Assembly (NCBI RefSeq): GCF_052425735.1
Contig: NC_135759.1
Span: forward strand, 24,366,001 to 24,430,000
Source: Oculina patagonica
Lineage: Eukaryota
DNA length: 64,000 nt
Reading direction: 5' to 3'
The number at the start of each line of letters is the position of its first letter. Position 1 is the first letter of the stretch. A model generated the notes under the pieces. It did no database searches. It was not told the origin of the DNA and saw only the letters and a list, made by a program, of their open reading frames with translations. The translations under genes were made by a program, and so were the position numbers. Positions 23,581 to 36,781 of the stretch are shown in pieces.

Positions 23581-24169
23581 AAACTAAAACTATGACTATT
23601 TTTAGTGGCATTTTTCTTCCAGTTTTTATGAGGAAATAACACTTGCACTTGCCGGAAAGTTGTAAAAACTCAATTTTTTAATCAGTTTCAAGAAGATGAG
23701 CTGACCAACAGTGATGATCAATAGATTTGGATGATCGAGGCTTTTTCCCTCAAGGACACTCTGAAAACGTTCCCGTGACCAGAAAGTGCACCTTAAAAGC
23801 GGCTTCTGGGAGGAAGATTGTTATCACGCGCAATTTATACTGGCGGAAGCAGAAACCGTCAGTTCTTTGGTATTACAGAGTCTGGAGACAAACATATATA
23901 AAAGTCAGAAGATAACAAACAATATTTTACAGATTCATTGTGCTATTCAGTTGCAAGCGTAGAGGTGACAGAGGTTATTGTGGGAAACATTGCGATTTTG
24001 CAATGTCAGAGCGAAATTGATGAGTTAGTGTGGTTTTCGCGCCGAGATCAGCAACTAACACGCTATCATTAGAAAATGTAAATAGGGATAACGTGGCCAA
24101 GCAAAATCCACTCTAGATCTGCACTCAAGTCGTACACCCTCTCAAAGAGGGAAGCAAGTCATTTCAATA

Positions 24170-24293
24170 CAGCAGAACCTCGATTTAACGAACCTCTATG
24201 CAACGAATTCGAAGTCCTCGGTATAACGAAACCTCGTTGTAGCGAACGTATTTTGCCAGTCCCTTGACCCTTCTTTATGTAGAGGCTTCACTG
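24170..24293. mobile_element. Short Tc1/mariner-type MITE (paralog at 31503-31632)
   Basis: ta|cagcagaacctcgatttaacgaa ... gaggcttcactg imperfect TIRs with internal taacgaa repeats. Confidence 0.65.
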
Positions 24294-24764
24294 ACTGCTC
24301 TGAAAAAAATAAAAAAATCAGACTACCACACTGTCATTCAGACAGTATATTAAAAACAGATCTTAAAAAGCCTAGGTCTTTTGTGTTTGCACAAGGGATA
24401 GATTTAATTTGAAAAACAATCTTCCAAGAATACTGAGTTATTTAAATGCCACTAAATGCCGGAAGGATATTTTAAATTTAATTTAGCAGAATATAAATTA
24501 AACATTTAAGAAGTAAATTAAACTAAACAAATTAAAACTGAAAGAGCAGAAAGGCTGTCACCGACGGTTTTAGATTTTGTCACTGAGCTTTCCGCTATTT
24601 TTTTTCAAAATGGCTATCAATGATTAGTTGAGGGGATCGTGGCGACTTTCTAAAAGAGTACCAATAATTTTCTTTCAAATTTAGCTCATCTTCGGTAGCT
24701 CGTTTTCCAGGGATTGCATACGATCCTTCAAAACTGTGATCAACTGTACTGAGTGATATTTAAA

Positions 24765-25694
24765 ATGGCGGGGACATCCGGTACATATTGCAGTTCGACA
24801 AGCACTCATTATTATCCCGCCGCGCAACAATTCCCGAAAATTATCTACATCTTTGCATGTGTTTTCAACTTGATCATCTCAGTTTCATCAATTCTGGGAA
24901 ACGTTTTGATCCTATTCGCACTTCACAAGTGTCAGTCTTTACATCCTCCATCAAAAGCTCTGTTATGTAGTTTGGCTTTGACTGATCTTTTCGTTGGACT
25001 GGTTGTTCTTCCACTGTTTATTGCTTATTACTTGATGATCATTTTGGAAATGCCCACTTATTACTGTGTTATTGCTATCACATATGGGAGGACATCAACC
25101 TTTGTTGTAGCAGTTTCGCTTGAAACCATTGCCACAATTGCCATTGACCGATATGTCGCTTTACGTCTTCGCTTGAGATACCGTGAATTCGTGAAATTTA
25201 GACGAGTTGTTTTCGTTCTTGTTTCTGAGTGGATGTTCGCAGCAGTTTGGTCGGGAATCTGGTTTTGGAATGCTCTGGCCAATATGATTTCTGGGGCAAT
25301 CGGTTTGTTCGGTTGTTGTCTCGTAACACCTTTATGCTACTTTAGAATTTATCGCGGTCTACGGCGTCATGCTGGCCAAATTCAACAACAGGTGAACTCC
25401 AGTAGGTCAACCGACTTAAATATGGTTCAATATAAGAAAACTGTGAATAACATGCTGTGAATTTATGGTCTTCTTCTTGTGTGCTACATTCCACACTTTA
25501 CATCGCTGCTTGCAGTACTCACCATGGGACTTAACGACTCCACTCGGTTTGCACTACATTTTGGTGTCATAACAATTTATGTTAATTCGTCTTTAAATCC
25601 TATTCTATACTGTTGGAAAATCAAAGAAATAAAGGAACACGTCATTGCTGATTTAAATGCACTTCGTAACTTATTGCTAGCTTCATTTGGTTAG
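24765..25694 (+). pseudogene. GPCR with a single nonsense codon (TGG>TGA, 25458-25460); chimeric 5' end
   Basis: Frame continues intact after the stop to NPILY and TAG at 25694. Body matches 14050; promoter and N-terminus match 32082. Confidence 0.88.
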
Positions 25695-26896
25695 GCAAAC
25701 TAAAACTATAACTATTTTTGTCGTTACATTTCTTCCACCAATGCTTTCATTTTGTCATCAGTTTCAAGAAACCGAGCTTATCAACAGTGATGAACAATAC
25801 CAGTTAATAGGAGCCACTGCGATTATCGTGGCTGTTCGCCTCAAGGACACTCTGAAAACTTTTCCGAGACCGGAAACCGCGCCAGAAAAGCCTCTGGTAC
25901 CCAGGGTAGGGAGATTGTTACCACGCGTGATTATACTGGCGCAAACAAGTTGTCAGTTCTTTGGTATCACAGAATCTGGAGAAAAACAAACAGAAACTAG
26001 CAAGACTTAGTTCAAGCGGCATTTGATATAAAAGTTAGAAAATAACGAATAATTATTTAAAGGATAGATGCGTTTATGCTACCATTAATTAATTAAAAAA
26101 AATGCTACGCTTTTTTTGGTGGCTGTATTCTTTGTGGTATGGAGTAAATTCTGGTATTTCAGGTTCTGAAGAATTAAGGATGATAGCTCTATAAACAAAA
26201 TAAGTAATTTAGGGCATTTTTCTTGCCTTGGTAACTAAATTTAGATGCGGGAATACAAATATTTTCTGACACTTTTCTAAGATTGATTGTGCGTTAGTCA
26301 CCCTCAAACCTTCACTCAACTCATAAGTATCGCGGCACTTTCTTAAGGGTCTGCGAAAAACAAGGGCATCTTGGAATTACGAAAGTGCTCGCTTTTGCTA
26401 TTTGTTTAGTATGATAACTTGAATTGCTCTCTTTATACCCAACTTTCTCCCTTTACAGTATACAAATGTCAGGTTACTGTAATTTTACTGGCATGTAGCA
26501 TTCATCGTCCTCAGTAGTATTGTAGGAAGGCTTTAGTCCGTTAATTTGGGAGGAATCTCATTATCGTGAGGAGGAATAAATTAAGCAGATGATGTCATGA
26601 ATAAAATGCGGTAGAATTAATTAAGCTGTTGGTCATATTATCTTCCATTTTATTTTTGTCGGTATAACCAGTTGGACCGGTTTTTCATGTTCTATTTTTA
26701 TCTTGACTGGAATAACCGATTCGACAGGCTTCATTTTATTTTTAAATAAATGATGTAATAATTGCGAAAATGCTCAATTTATTACTTAAGCATCAGTTCC
26801 TGTTGTTTTTCATTTTATTCGAAGTCACTTACCCATTCCGTCTGTAATTTCGCAAACGTCTTATCGCGTAAATGATGCACTGCGCGTGAGTAAACA

Positions 26897-27101
26897 CTCC
26901 TCCTCCTCCTCCTCCTCCTCCTCCTCCTCCTCCTCCTCCTCCACTACCACCACTACCACCACAATTCTATGGTTTTCCACCACCGCTACCACCACAATTC
27001 TATTGTTTTCTACTGCCACCACCACTACCACAATTCTAAACAATAGAACTGTGGAGGAGAATTGAAGGAGGAGGAGGAGGCATGGAATTGTGGTGGTGGT
27101 G
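26897..27101. repeat. (CCT)n/(CCA)n satellite, shorter paralog of 15768-16207
   Basis: Same units and same flanks. Confidence 0.9.
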
Positions 27102-27942
27102 TAAGACAATTGAATTGCTTATATCGTGCATAGTATACGTATCCTCAATCCAGTGGAAATCCCTAACAGAATATGTATAAGGATGGAGCTGGAGATATAG
27201 CGACACTGTTATGTCGTGTTTCTCTAATTTTGTCTAATTTCATGGATAAAATACCAATAACTTTTACTTTAATTTTCGTATGAAAAGGCGAAAATAAGGA
27301 ACCATGAACACGTACAGCGTTGATCAATGCAGTGAGCCTTTTCGAATTTCGTCAAGTTTTTTTTCTTAAATAAAAAATTAACTTTTGTAATGTCAGCTGC
27401 AAGTTTTTATGTTTAAACGCACATGCAAGGAAGTGGCGAGAGCACTTAAGTGCGCTTTAAAAGGCGAAATTATGGATAAATTAAATTCTGAGTCAATCAT
27501 TAATTTTCCTTATTTTCATCCACTTTACAAACATGTTTAAGACAATAATATTAAAACAACGGCGTCTAAAACAATAGATATTTTTTTATTGAAAACACGT
27601 ACTTAAATAAAAAAGAATCATCAGAATAAAATTGACATAGCTGTCGCGGCTTCCTTTAACTTATTCAAGTTTCTCTAATCATAATGTTAATTTGTCAGCT
27701 TCTTGACATTTAAAAAGTTGAAATTGTCATTATTTGATTGACAGTACTTTTAATTTTTAGTTTTGAAATAAGATTTTTCGTCAATATAAGCGCTGCTTAT
27801 ACTTTTCTAACGTCATTTACCTGACACCTCAAAACGGCAACTCAGCACGTAGGCTGTCAAATCTAGATTGCTAAATAAATACTATTCGTCATTAATTTTT
27901 GTGTTAGGTTGTTATTATCTTATTTATGGCAACAAAAGATGT

Positions 27943-28845
27943 TTAAAATTTTGTAAGGGCAATAACTTTATCTCTTAGTTCTTTGATCTTCCAACAATAT
28001 AAAATAGGATTTAGAGACGAATTACAGTAAATTGCTATGGCGCAAAACTGTAGTGCAAACCTTGTAGAGTTATTGAGTCCTGCGGCAAGTATTGCAAGCA
28101 GCGAAGACACGTATGGCAAATAACACACAAGAAGAAGTCCACTGATCCATAGCGTGTTACTTACAGTTTTCTTGTATTGAACCACATTAAAGTCGACCCC
28201 CGGTTCACTGGAATTCCTCTGTTGATGAATCTGTGCAACATGGCGGCAAAGGCCACGATGAATACTAGAGTAGCACAAGGGTGTTATGAGACAGCAACTA
28301 AACAATCCGACTGTCCCTGAAATCAAGCTGATTTTTAAATTCCAAAACCAGGTTCCCGACCAGATAAATGCGAGGATCCACTCTAACACGAGGATGCAAA
28401 CAACTCGTCTAAGTTTGACAAGTTCTCGGTATCTCAAGCGAAGACGAAAGGCAAGATATCGATCAATGGCAATTGTAACGATTGTCTCAAGTGAAACCGC
28501 TCCAATAAAGTTTGATGTCCTCCCATACGTGACAGCTATAACACAGTAATACCTAGGCATTTCCAAGATGATCATTAAATAATAAGTTATAAACAGGGGA
28601 AAGACTACCAGTCCAACGAAAAGATCCGTGAAAGCTAAACTGCATAACAAAGCTTTTGACGGAGAATGTAAAGTTTGACACTTTCGAATAGCGAATAGGA
28701 TTATGGTGTTTCCAAATGTTGATGAAACTGAGCCGATCACACTAACAACACAAGCAAAGATGTAGATAGTCTTTGGGAATTGTTGCGCGGCGGGATAATA
28801 ATGAGTGCTGGTAGAACTGCAAAATGATCCTGATGTCCCTTCCAT
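27943..28845 (-). CDS. Class A orphan GPCR, main subfamily, 300 aa, intact
   Basis: Recent duplicate of 17087-17989. Confidence 0.93.
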   Translation of the reverse strand: MEGTSGSFCSSTSTHYYPAAQQFPKTIYIFACVVSVIGSVSSTFGNTIILFAIRKCQTLHSPSKALLCSLAFTDLFVGLVVFPLFITYYLMIILEMPRYYCVIAVTYGRTSNFIGAVSLETIVTIAIDRYLAFRLRLRYRELVKLRRVVCILVLEWILAFIWSGTWFWNLKISLISGTVGLFSCCLITPLCYSSIHRGLCRHVAQIHQQRNSSEPGVDFNVVQYKKTVSNTLWISGLLLVCYLPYVSSLLAILAAGLNNSTRFALQFCAIAIYCNSSLNPILYCWKIKELRDKVIALTKF

Positions 28846-29952
28846 TTCGGAAAGAAATATATTTATACAGATTGCTATTGTCCCTTAACATTATGGTAAT
28901 AAATATTTGGGTTTGGAATTGGCAACCAAGCCTGAAATATCGCGATGAACCGGCTCCAGTACTTCCGTTCTTATTCGCTTAAACCAAACACCGTATTACC
29001 ACAAACGCGTGGACTGGAATAAGCTGCTTAATGCTGTGTTGGACATCAATAATAGATGAAAAAAGCATTTTTTCCTTGCTCAACCAAACCAGAATATCCA
29101 GCTATCCCGGGCGTGCAAATACTACAGTGAACGGCATCGAGGGTACCAAATGGGGAAAGGCCGCTGAACGTAACAGTGGGTCATCAGAAGTGTCAAAATC
29201 GGAAGGAGTAGAACTTGTGGCTCTTCGATCTCTTCAATACCAGCTGGAGAATAGGAAGGGCTTTCCCACGATTTTAAGGGTGCACTCATTGTTAATATTA
29301 ATATACGTACTCCCAAATCAGGCTAAAAGAGGCTAAAAGCAATAAAAGTCGGCGTGGTTTTATCACTGAAAGCTTTACAACGTTCTCCTAATGATTTACA
29401 TTATCTAAGAAAAGAAATAAAGAATAACGTGGCAAAAAAATCCTAATTATGCAAATGAAATACTCTTCAAGTCGTAGAGCTTAAAGTCTTTAATATCATT
29501 ACGCTGTCATTCGGTAAGTTTATTAAAGCCAGCTCTAACAAAGCTTATGCCCTTAGTATTTGCACAAACAGATGCAACTTAGGATATATATTTCCCGTTT
29601 ATACTGAGTTATGTCATTGGCGCAAGGACCACCTTAAATTAAATTGAACGAAGATTAATTGAACACGATATCCATTAAAACAATGTATTAAATTGAAAAA
29701 AAAAAAAATTGGTTAACCAATGCCAAGCCCTTAAGCAAGAACACTCCAAACAGAAAGCCTCAGCGTCATTCCGTTTCAGAATTTATAACTAGTCTTTCCT
29801 GTCATTAATCGAGAGGCATCGTAGCGATCTTCTTCAAAGACGCGAATGAACATTAAATCTCGTCTCAACAAGGTAGCTGGTTTCCTTGGTGTTACAGGCA
29901 TTTCTTAAACACTGTTAATCAAGATCTACAAGAATTACATCGTTCTTCTAAA

Positions 29953-30900
29953 ACGGCGCCGATTCTCGAATTATTTCGCGGTTCTACTAGCTCTCACTAT
30001 TACCCTGCTACGCAACAATTCCCGAAGACTATATACATCTTTGCATGTGTTGTAAGCGTGGCCATTTCAGTTTCATCAACTTTTGGAAACACTGTGATCC
30101 TATTCGCTCTTCGAAAATGTCAAACTCTACACTCTCCATCAAAAGCTCTGTTATTTAGTTTGGCTTTGACGGATCTTTTCGTTGGACTGGTTGTTCTTCC
30201 ATTTTTTAGCGCTTATTACTTGATGATCATCTTGCAAGTGCCCAGGTATTACTGTGTTATAGCTATCACGTATGGGAGGACGTCAACCTTTATTGCCGCA
30301 GTTTCGCTTGAAACCATTGCCACAATTGCCATTGATCGATATCTCGCCTTTCATCTTCGCTTGAGATACCGAGAACTCGTGAAATTTAGACGAGTTGTTT
30401 TCGTTCTTGTTTCTGAGTGGATCCTCGCAGCGGTCTGGTCGGGAATCTGGTTTTTGAACTGCTGATCACTACCATAATTGGAGCAATTGGCTTGTTCAGT
30501 TGTTTTGGTCTCATAACACCTTTATGTTACTTCAGTATTTACCGTGGTCTACGGCGTCATGTTGCACAAGTTCAACAACGGCAAAACTCCTGTTGGTCAA
30601 CCGGCTTTAATGTGGCCCAGTACAAGCAATCTGTAAATAACATGCTGTGAATTTATGGTCTTCTTCTTGTGTGCTACATTCCACACTTTACATCGCTGCT
30701 TGCAGTACTCACCATGGGACTCAACGACTCTACTCGGTTTGCACTACATTTTAGTGCCATTGCAATTTATGTAAATTCGTCTTTAAACCCTATTTTTTAC
30801 TGCTGGAAAACAAAAGAGATAAAGGAAAAAGTTATTGCTGATTTAAATACACTTCTTCACTTTTTGTCAGCTATATTATATAATATAACTATATATATTA
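29953..30900 (+). pseudogene. GPCR pseudogene
   Basis: ATG>ACG at 29953, 1-bp frameshift near 30456-30460, TGG>TGA at 30648-30650. Confidence 0.9.
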
Positions 30901-31502
30901 GACAAACTAAAACTATGACTATTTTTTGCTGGCATTTTTCTTCCAGTTTTAATGAAGCAGTAACAGTTGCACTTGCCGGAAAGTTGTAAAAACTCAATGC
31001 TGTCATTATATAGTCAGTTTCAAGAAGATGAGCTGACTAACAGTGATGATTAATAGATTTGGATGATCGAGGCTTTTTCAGTCCTTCAAGGACACTCTGA
31101 AAACGTTTCCGAGACCAGAAAGAGCACCGTAAAAGCCTCTGGCAGGAAGATTGTTATCACCCGTAATTTATACTGGCGGGAGCAAACACCGTCAGTTTTT
31201 TGGTATTACAGAGTCTGGAGACAAAACTATATAAAAGTCAGAAAATAACAAATAATATTTTACAGATTCATTGTGGTATTAAGTTGCAAGCGTAGAGGTA
31301 ACAGAGGTTATTGTGGGAAACATTGCGATTTTGCAATGTTACAGCGAGATCGATGAGTCAGTGTGGTTTTCGCGCCGAGATCAACAACTGACACGCTTTC
31401 ATTAGAACATGTAAATAGGGATAACATGGCCAAGCAAGATCCACTCCAGATCTGCACTCAAGTCGTACACCCTCTCAAAGAGGGAAGCAAGTCATTTCAA
31501 TA

Positions 31503-31632
31503 CAGCAGAACCTCGATTTAACGAACCTCTTTGTAACGAATTCGAAGTGGGAGTCCTCGGTATAACGAAACCTCGTTATAGCAAACATATTTTGCCAGTC
31601 CCTTGGCCTTCTTTTATATAGAGGCTTCACTG
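31503..31632. mobile_element. MITE, copied with the segmental duplication
   Basis: Same element and flanks as 24170-24293. Confidence 0.65.
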
Positions 31633-32081
31633 ACTGCTCTGACAAAAATAAGAAAATCAGGCTACCACACTGTAATTCAGAAAGTGTATTAAAAACAGAT
31701 CTTACAAAGCCTAAGTCTTTTGTGTTTGCACAAGGGAAAGATTAAATTTGAAAAACAATCTTCTATCAATACTGAGTTATTTAAATGCCAGCAAAATGCC
31801 GGAAGGATATTTCAAATTTAATTTAGCAGAATATAAATTGAACATTTAAGAAGTAAACTAAACTAAACAAATTAAAACTGAACCGGAGCAGAAAGGCTGT
31901 CACCGTACGGTTTTAGATTTTGTTGCCGATCTTTCCGATTTTTTGTTCAAAATGGCTATCAATGATTAGTTGAGGGGATCGTGGCGACTTTCCAAAAGAA
32001 AACCAATAATTTTCTGTCAAATTTAGCTCATCGTCGGTAGCTCGTTTTCCTGGAGTTGCATACGATCCTTCAAAATCTTTG

Positions 32082-32222
32082 ATGGCGGGGACATCCGGTA
32101 CATATTGCAGTTCGACAAGCACTCACTATTACCCTGCCGCGCAGCAATTCCCGAAAACTATTTACATCTTTGCATGTGTTGTTAGCGTGCTCGGATCTAT
32201 TTCGTCAACTGTAGGGAACATG
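32082..32222 (+). pseudogene. GPCR 5' fragment (N-terminus and TM1)
   Basis: MAGTSGTYCSSTSTHYYPAAQQFPKTIYIFACVVSVLGSISSTVGNM, then similarity stops abruptly. Confidence 0.88.
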
Positions 32223-34963
32223 TGTGAGAAATGGACACTTTATTCGAAGGATTATTAATGTTCAGATTTTCAGTTCTTTGGTATGTAGAGACGTCTCTGA
32301 CAGACAAACCATTAATTCCCAAAAAGGAAAACTTGGTTCAAACAGCACGTTTTTTTTTTTTCAAAAAAAGTGGATTAATATTTACCGACTGGCTACGTTT
32401 CAGAAATAACTTCTATTTCGTATAATTGATGGTGGCCTCTTAACTTGTTTTAAATAACTTTGAAAATGTGATTATCGCATCTACATCATTGAATAATAAT
32501 TGAATAAATATCACATTACGATAACCTTAGTGCCGGGAGGTAGCTTTCTTGATACTCCGTTACTGAATAAAGAGTAAGTTGTTAAACATACTACTTGGCC
32601 ACTACGGATTTGAATAGAAAACCACATCCAAAACCAACTTAAAGAGCATGCTCTACGTCAGTCTTGTTCAGTTTATGGCAGATATGATAATCAATGTAAC
32701 TCGGATAGAGTGTTGGTCCCAGACCGGACCAACAGCCAGGGTCACGTTAAAATAACTATGCTGCCTTTGCAATGAAATCTGCAAAACCCGTAAACCGTTG
32801 GCCCCTCTCTGCACCTTCAGTGCCACGGTCAGCATATGCATGCCACACATTTATCTTAAAGAGTAGGGCATGGAGTTCCCGTTGTTGTGGTCTAGTCTTT
32901 GCCCGTTTTACTGTGGGCGTACTGTTGAAATGCTCGGAAATGTTAGCTATGTAATTTAAAAGTTACTCTTCAAATCCGAGGGTTAAATAAAAGTGATGCA
33001 TGTATATCATTTTAAGGACCACCTTCGTCCACAAAACGGCATTGATTTAGCAAATGAAAAGGCGATAACTGTGATTCTAGCTGTTTTAAAAGTAGTTGAA
33101 TACTCACTTTAATCGCTGTTTTCCAAATATCTCTTCAAGGTTTCAAGTAATCAAAATATCTTGGGTAATGGAAGTTGAAATGGACGTTAAAAATTTGTTG
33201 TCGTTAGGAAGAGGGACAAAGGGATCGGGGGAATAGAACTGAGGAAATGAATTAAAGAGAGAAAATGATTTATTTAAAAATGAGATTTTTTAATAATATT
33301 TAATACAATGGACTTCAAGAAGCATGTGTTTTGTTGTTGCGTATGATATTATCCCCCTCCCCTACCCGAGCTAAATTTATCTATTATACACACACAAACG
33401 CAAACTATAGTCCCATTAAAAAGTATGAGTATCAAGGGGTATGGTGTACTGGTTTGAGATCTCGACAATATAAAAACTAGAATATCCAAAGTGAAAAATG
33501 TTTTTATTCCAACGAATCTCGATTATACAGTGATATTGTTTATTGCGTTTCTAATTTTATGTTATAGTAAAGCAGTCGTGTTCAGATTTATTACAGGTCA
33601 TCGTCGTCAAGAAAGCAAAGACAAAGATGATGCATCTTGAAAACATAAATCTTTATTTTTTCAATTTTTTCCTTGACCATCCTTGTTCCTTTCCCTTTCG
33701 ATTTGTTATTTCTCATTCAGTGTTTTCCTCTATCGATAACTTTTTCTTGTGTTTTACTGAGATTTAAAGATAATTTTGCACATCACAAACATGACTTAAC
33801 TTAATTTATTACACTACTGGGGGGGGGTTATTACACTTCGGCCTTCGCGCGTGGTTAATAAGATATATACATATCGTGCCATGATATATATTTTTTATTA
33901 TCTTTTTTCACAAATAATAATTCAAAAACCAAAGGTATCTCACTTCCCATGCATTGGCAGAGATAAGTGCTGGTTTACGTTACATCAAATAAAAAGTGCA
34001 AGTTCTAAAATCGAGTGCCAAATGCTATTGTAAATAATTCCTAATACTCACAGGATTCAAAACATTGAACAGTTCGCATGTCACCGAACGCCACCCGAAA
34101 TTTTCATACAAATGTGCAATATCAGTGCGAAGAGTCTCGGACGCTATCTGATATTTGCTTTTCCAGACTACACTTGAATCATGTAATCATCTACACAAAT
34201 AATCAGCAGTATGTAGTGCTCCTGTTCGTGTCTTTCAGGTTATAATTAAAACATTTTTTCTTTGTGTTGTTATAATGCTTTTTGCTATCGTACTTCCTTT
34301 GATAAGATTTAGTTGTTGTAGAAATCTAACGCATTTCCTTGTTGATATATGTTTAAATGAATTTTATACATCAAGTTTACATATAGCATCTACCTTGAAA
34401 AAACAGATTCAAGTTTTTGATGCTATATTGTTTTATCTGTCAGCATCTTTAAAGGAATTGACACTATCGACCTTCTATTGCAAGCAACAATTTCCTGTTC
34501 ACTTGGCTTTAAGATAAAGGCCTCTTTCATTTTTTTTTCTTAATAAATTTATCATTTCATCATGTCCCTTATAGTTTTGTAAGGCTACCTAAACTATTTT
34601 CCGCTGCGGTATATTGACAATATTTTTTATCGTCACTCGAAGTTTTGTTTAAATTGTCCTTTGATAATAGGAAATATTTTATTAGAAAAATTGCTCTCAA
34701 CCTAGTAAAGTAAATTTATGTCCTGCTGCCGTTATGTGACAACTATAACACTTCTTATGTCAATTTACGTGGTGTTTAGAAAAACTGGGTAGCGCAAGTA
34801 GAGTGAAAAGATTAAATTTCTGATACTGCTTATAATGCAATCAACTTTTTTAAAGGTTCTCGTAACAGAGATCTAGTTTAATTCATTGTTGATGTATTAT
34901 TTGAAAGCGTTATTTGAAATATTGCATTGCAGCTTGTCAGAGGCATGCCCAGCCTTTGATAAT

Positions 34964-35905
34964 CTACTGTACCCAGTGTACATGAGATAATAAGAAGTTG
35001 TATAGCGCACGCAAAAGAATAATAACGTTTCCTCTTAATTCTTTGATCTTCCAACAATAAAGAACAGGATTTAAAAAAGAATTAAAGTATGTTGCAATGG
35101 CGCTAAAATGTAACGCAAACCGAGTATAATCATTGACTCCTGTAGCCAGAATTGCAAGCAGCGATGATAAGTATGGTATGTAACATACAAGAAGAAGTCC
35201 AATGATCCATAGCATGTTATTCACAGTTTTCTTGTATTGAACCACGTTAAAGTCGATCGCCGCTTCGCTGAAATTATTCTGTTGATGAATTTGTACGAGA
35301 TGACGACGAAGACCACGGTGAATACTGAGATAGCATAGAGATGTTACAAGACAAAAAATGAACAATGCTATTGCCCCAGAAATCTTGTTGATTTGCTGAT
35401 CCCAAAACCAGGATCCTGACCAAAATGCTGTAAAGAGCCACTCGATAACAAGAATGAAAACAACTCGTCTTAGTGTCACGAGTTCTCGGTATCTCATGCG
35501 AAGACGAAAGGCGAGAAATCGATCAATGGCAATTGTAGCAATGGTTTCAAGTGAAACTCCTGCAATAAAGGTTGACGTCCTTCCATATGTGACAGCTATA
35601 ATACAGTAATACGTAGGTATTTCCAAGATGATCGTCAAGTAGTAAACAGTTATCAGTGGAAAAATGACCAATCCAACGAAAAGATCCGTCAAAGCCAAAC
35701 TACATAACAGGACTTTTGATGGAGAATGTAGAGACTGACACTTGCGAAGAGCGAAAAAGATGACTGTATTTCCCAAGGTTGATGAAACTGAACAGATCAC
35801 GCAAAAAACACAACCAAATATGAAACAAATTTTGGAGACTTTCTGAGCGACGGCGTAATTTTCAATATTGGTTGGACTACAAAATGATTCAGGTCCCCCC
35901 GCCAT
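34964..35905 (-). CDS. Class A orphan GPCR, divergent member of the main subfamily, 313 aa, intact
   Basis: DRF, CYIP, NPVLY. Confidence 0.93.
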   Translation of the reverse strand: MAGGPESFCSPTNIENYAVAQKVSKICFIFGCVFCVICSVSSTLGNTVIFFALRKCQSLHSPSKVLLCSLALTDLFVGLVIFPLITVYYLTIILEIPTYYCIIAVTYGRTSTFIAGVSLETIATIAIDRFLAFRLRMRYRELVTLRRVVFILVIEWLFTAFWSGSWFWDQQINKISGAIALFIFCLVTSLCYLSIHRGLRRHLVQIHQQNNFSEAAIDFNVVQYKKTVNNMLWIIGLLLVCYIPYLSSLLAILATGVNDYTRFALHFSAIATYFNSFLNPVLYCWKIKELRGNVIILLRALYNFLLSHVHWVQ

Positions 35906-36556
35906 TTCAGAGGGATATTTAAAGCAATCGCTGTATTTCTTTTCTCCTTCCTAATTTCCTTCTTTAAGGATCCGCAGCCAATCCAGAACAGCGAATAAGT
36001 GGGTCTTTTCATGAGCTGTTGCAACAAATGCATTACTTGAAAGTGTTGATTAATTCTTTAAAAAATTATGACTGAACTGTCACTGACCCTACGGTAACAT
36101 CCGCCCATAAGTAATAGTGTCTTTTCTTTGGAAGAAGCAATTAGCCCCCCAAACGCCGGAGTGGTTGAAATTTCGCGGAAATGACATTTTCCCAAGATGG
36201 GGCACAAAAAAGTCACAATGGCCTCCTTTAATTTGGCGTAAACCAATATCTGTTATTTGTTCGCGGCCATTGTCTTGTTATTTCCAATTTAGCAGCTTCA
36301 ATTATAATTTCACCTGGATCGCTCGTTTTTTTCTTGACGACGGACTCGCGCGTTGCCATTTTAAGCAGTCCTTTTCTATGTTAGCAAGCCTTTAACACAT
36401 TTGTAGAAATATTTCTCTCCTTTTTTTTCATTTGTGAACCTCGACTTAATCGCGGTCCACGTGAACTAAAATTCGAATAGGTCAATATTATTCCTACATC
36501 TAGACTTCAAGCTTATTCAAAAACAACTATATTTCCAGTGGAAAATGTCAACATAT

Positions 36557-36781
36557 TGTAACGAAACGGAGTTTAGCGCACGAGAGGTTAATGTGCACGA
36601 GCTTGTAAAGACAGTTATATTGCGAAGAGTACGCGTAGTGAAGTCGCATGCTAGGCATAAATAGGACTTACGCTTCCCGTGTTGTGTGTGTGTGTGATCA
36701 TGAGTTATACTCGGAGTGCAGTTGTTTATACTCGCAGTGTTAAAACAATAAAAGTAATTATGGACGAAGACGATCGTTACA
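36557..36781 (+). mobile_element. Solo LTR, 225 bp
   Basis: TGTAACGA...TCGTTACA termini, internal TATA-like cataaata and AATAAA; flanks atat/ataa (imperfect 4-bp TSD). Confidence 0.7.

Noticed and set aside
25458-25694. Shared TGA as selenocysteine/recoding, or a split 5TM+2TM receptor
   Set aside because: The codon is Trp in intact paralogs, the downstream ORF starts at a GTG, and the other carrier has further lesions; conversion of a nonsense allele is simpler.
32230-34960. Gap between the plus- and minus-oriented halves of the array
   Set aside because: Only short AT-rich ORFs; I could not support any gene or element by eye.
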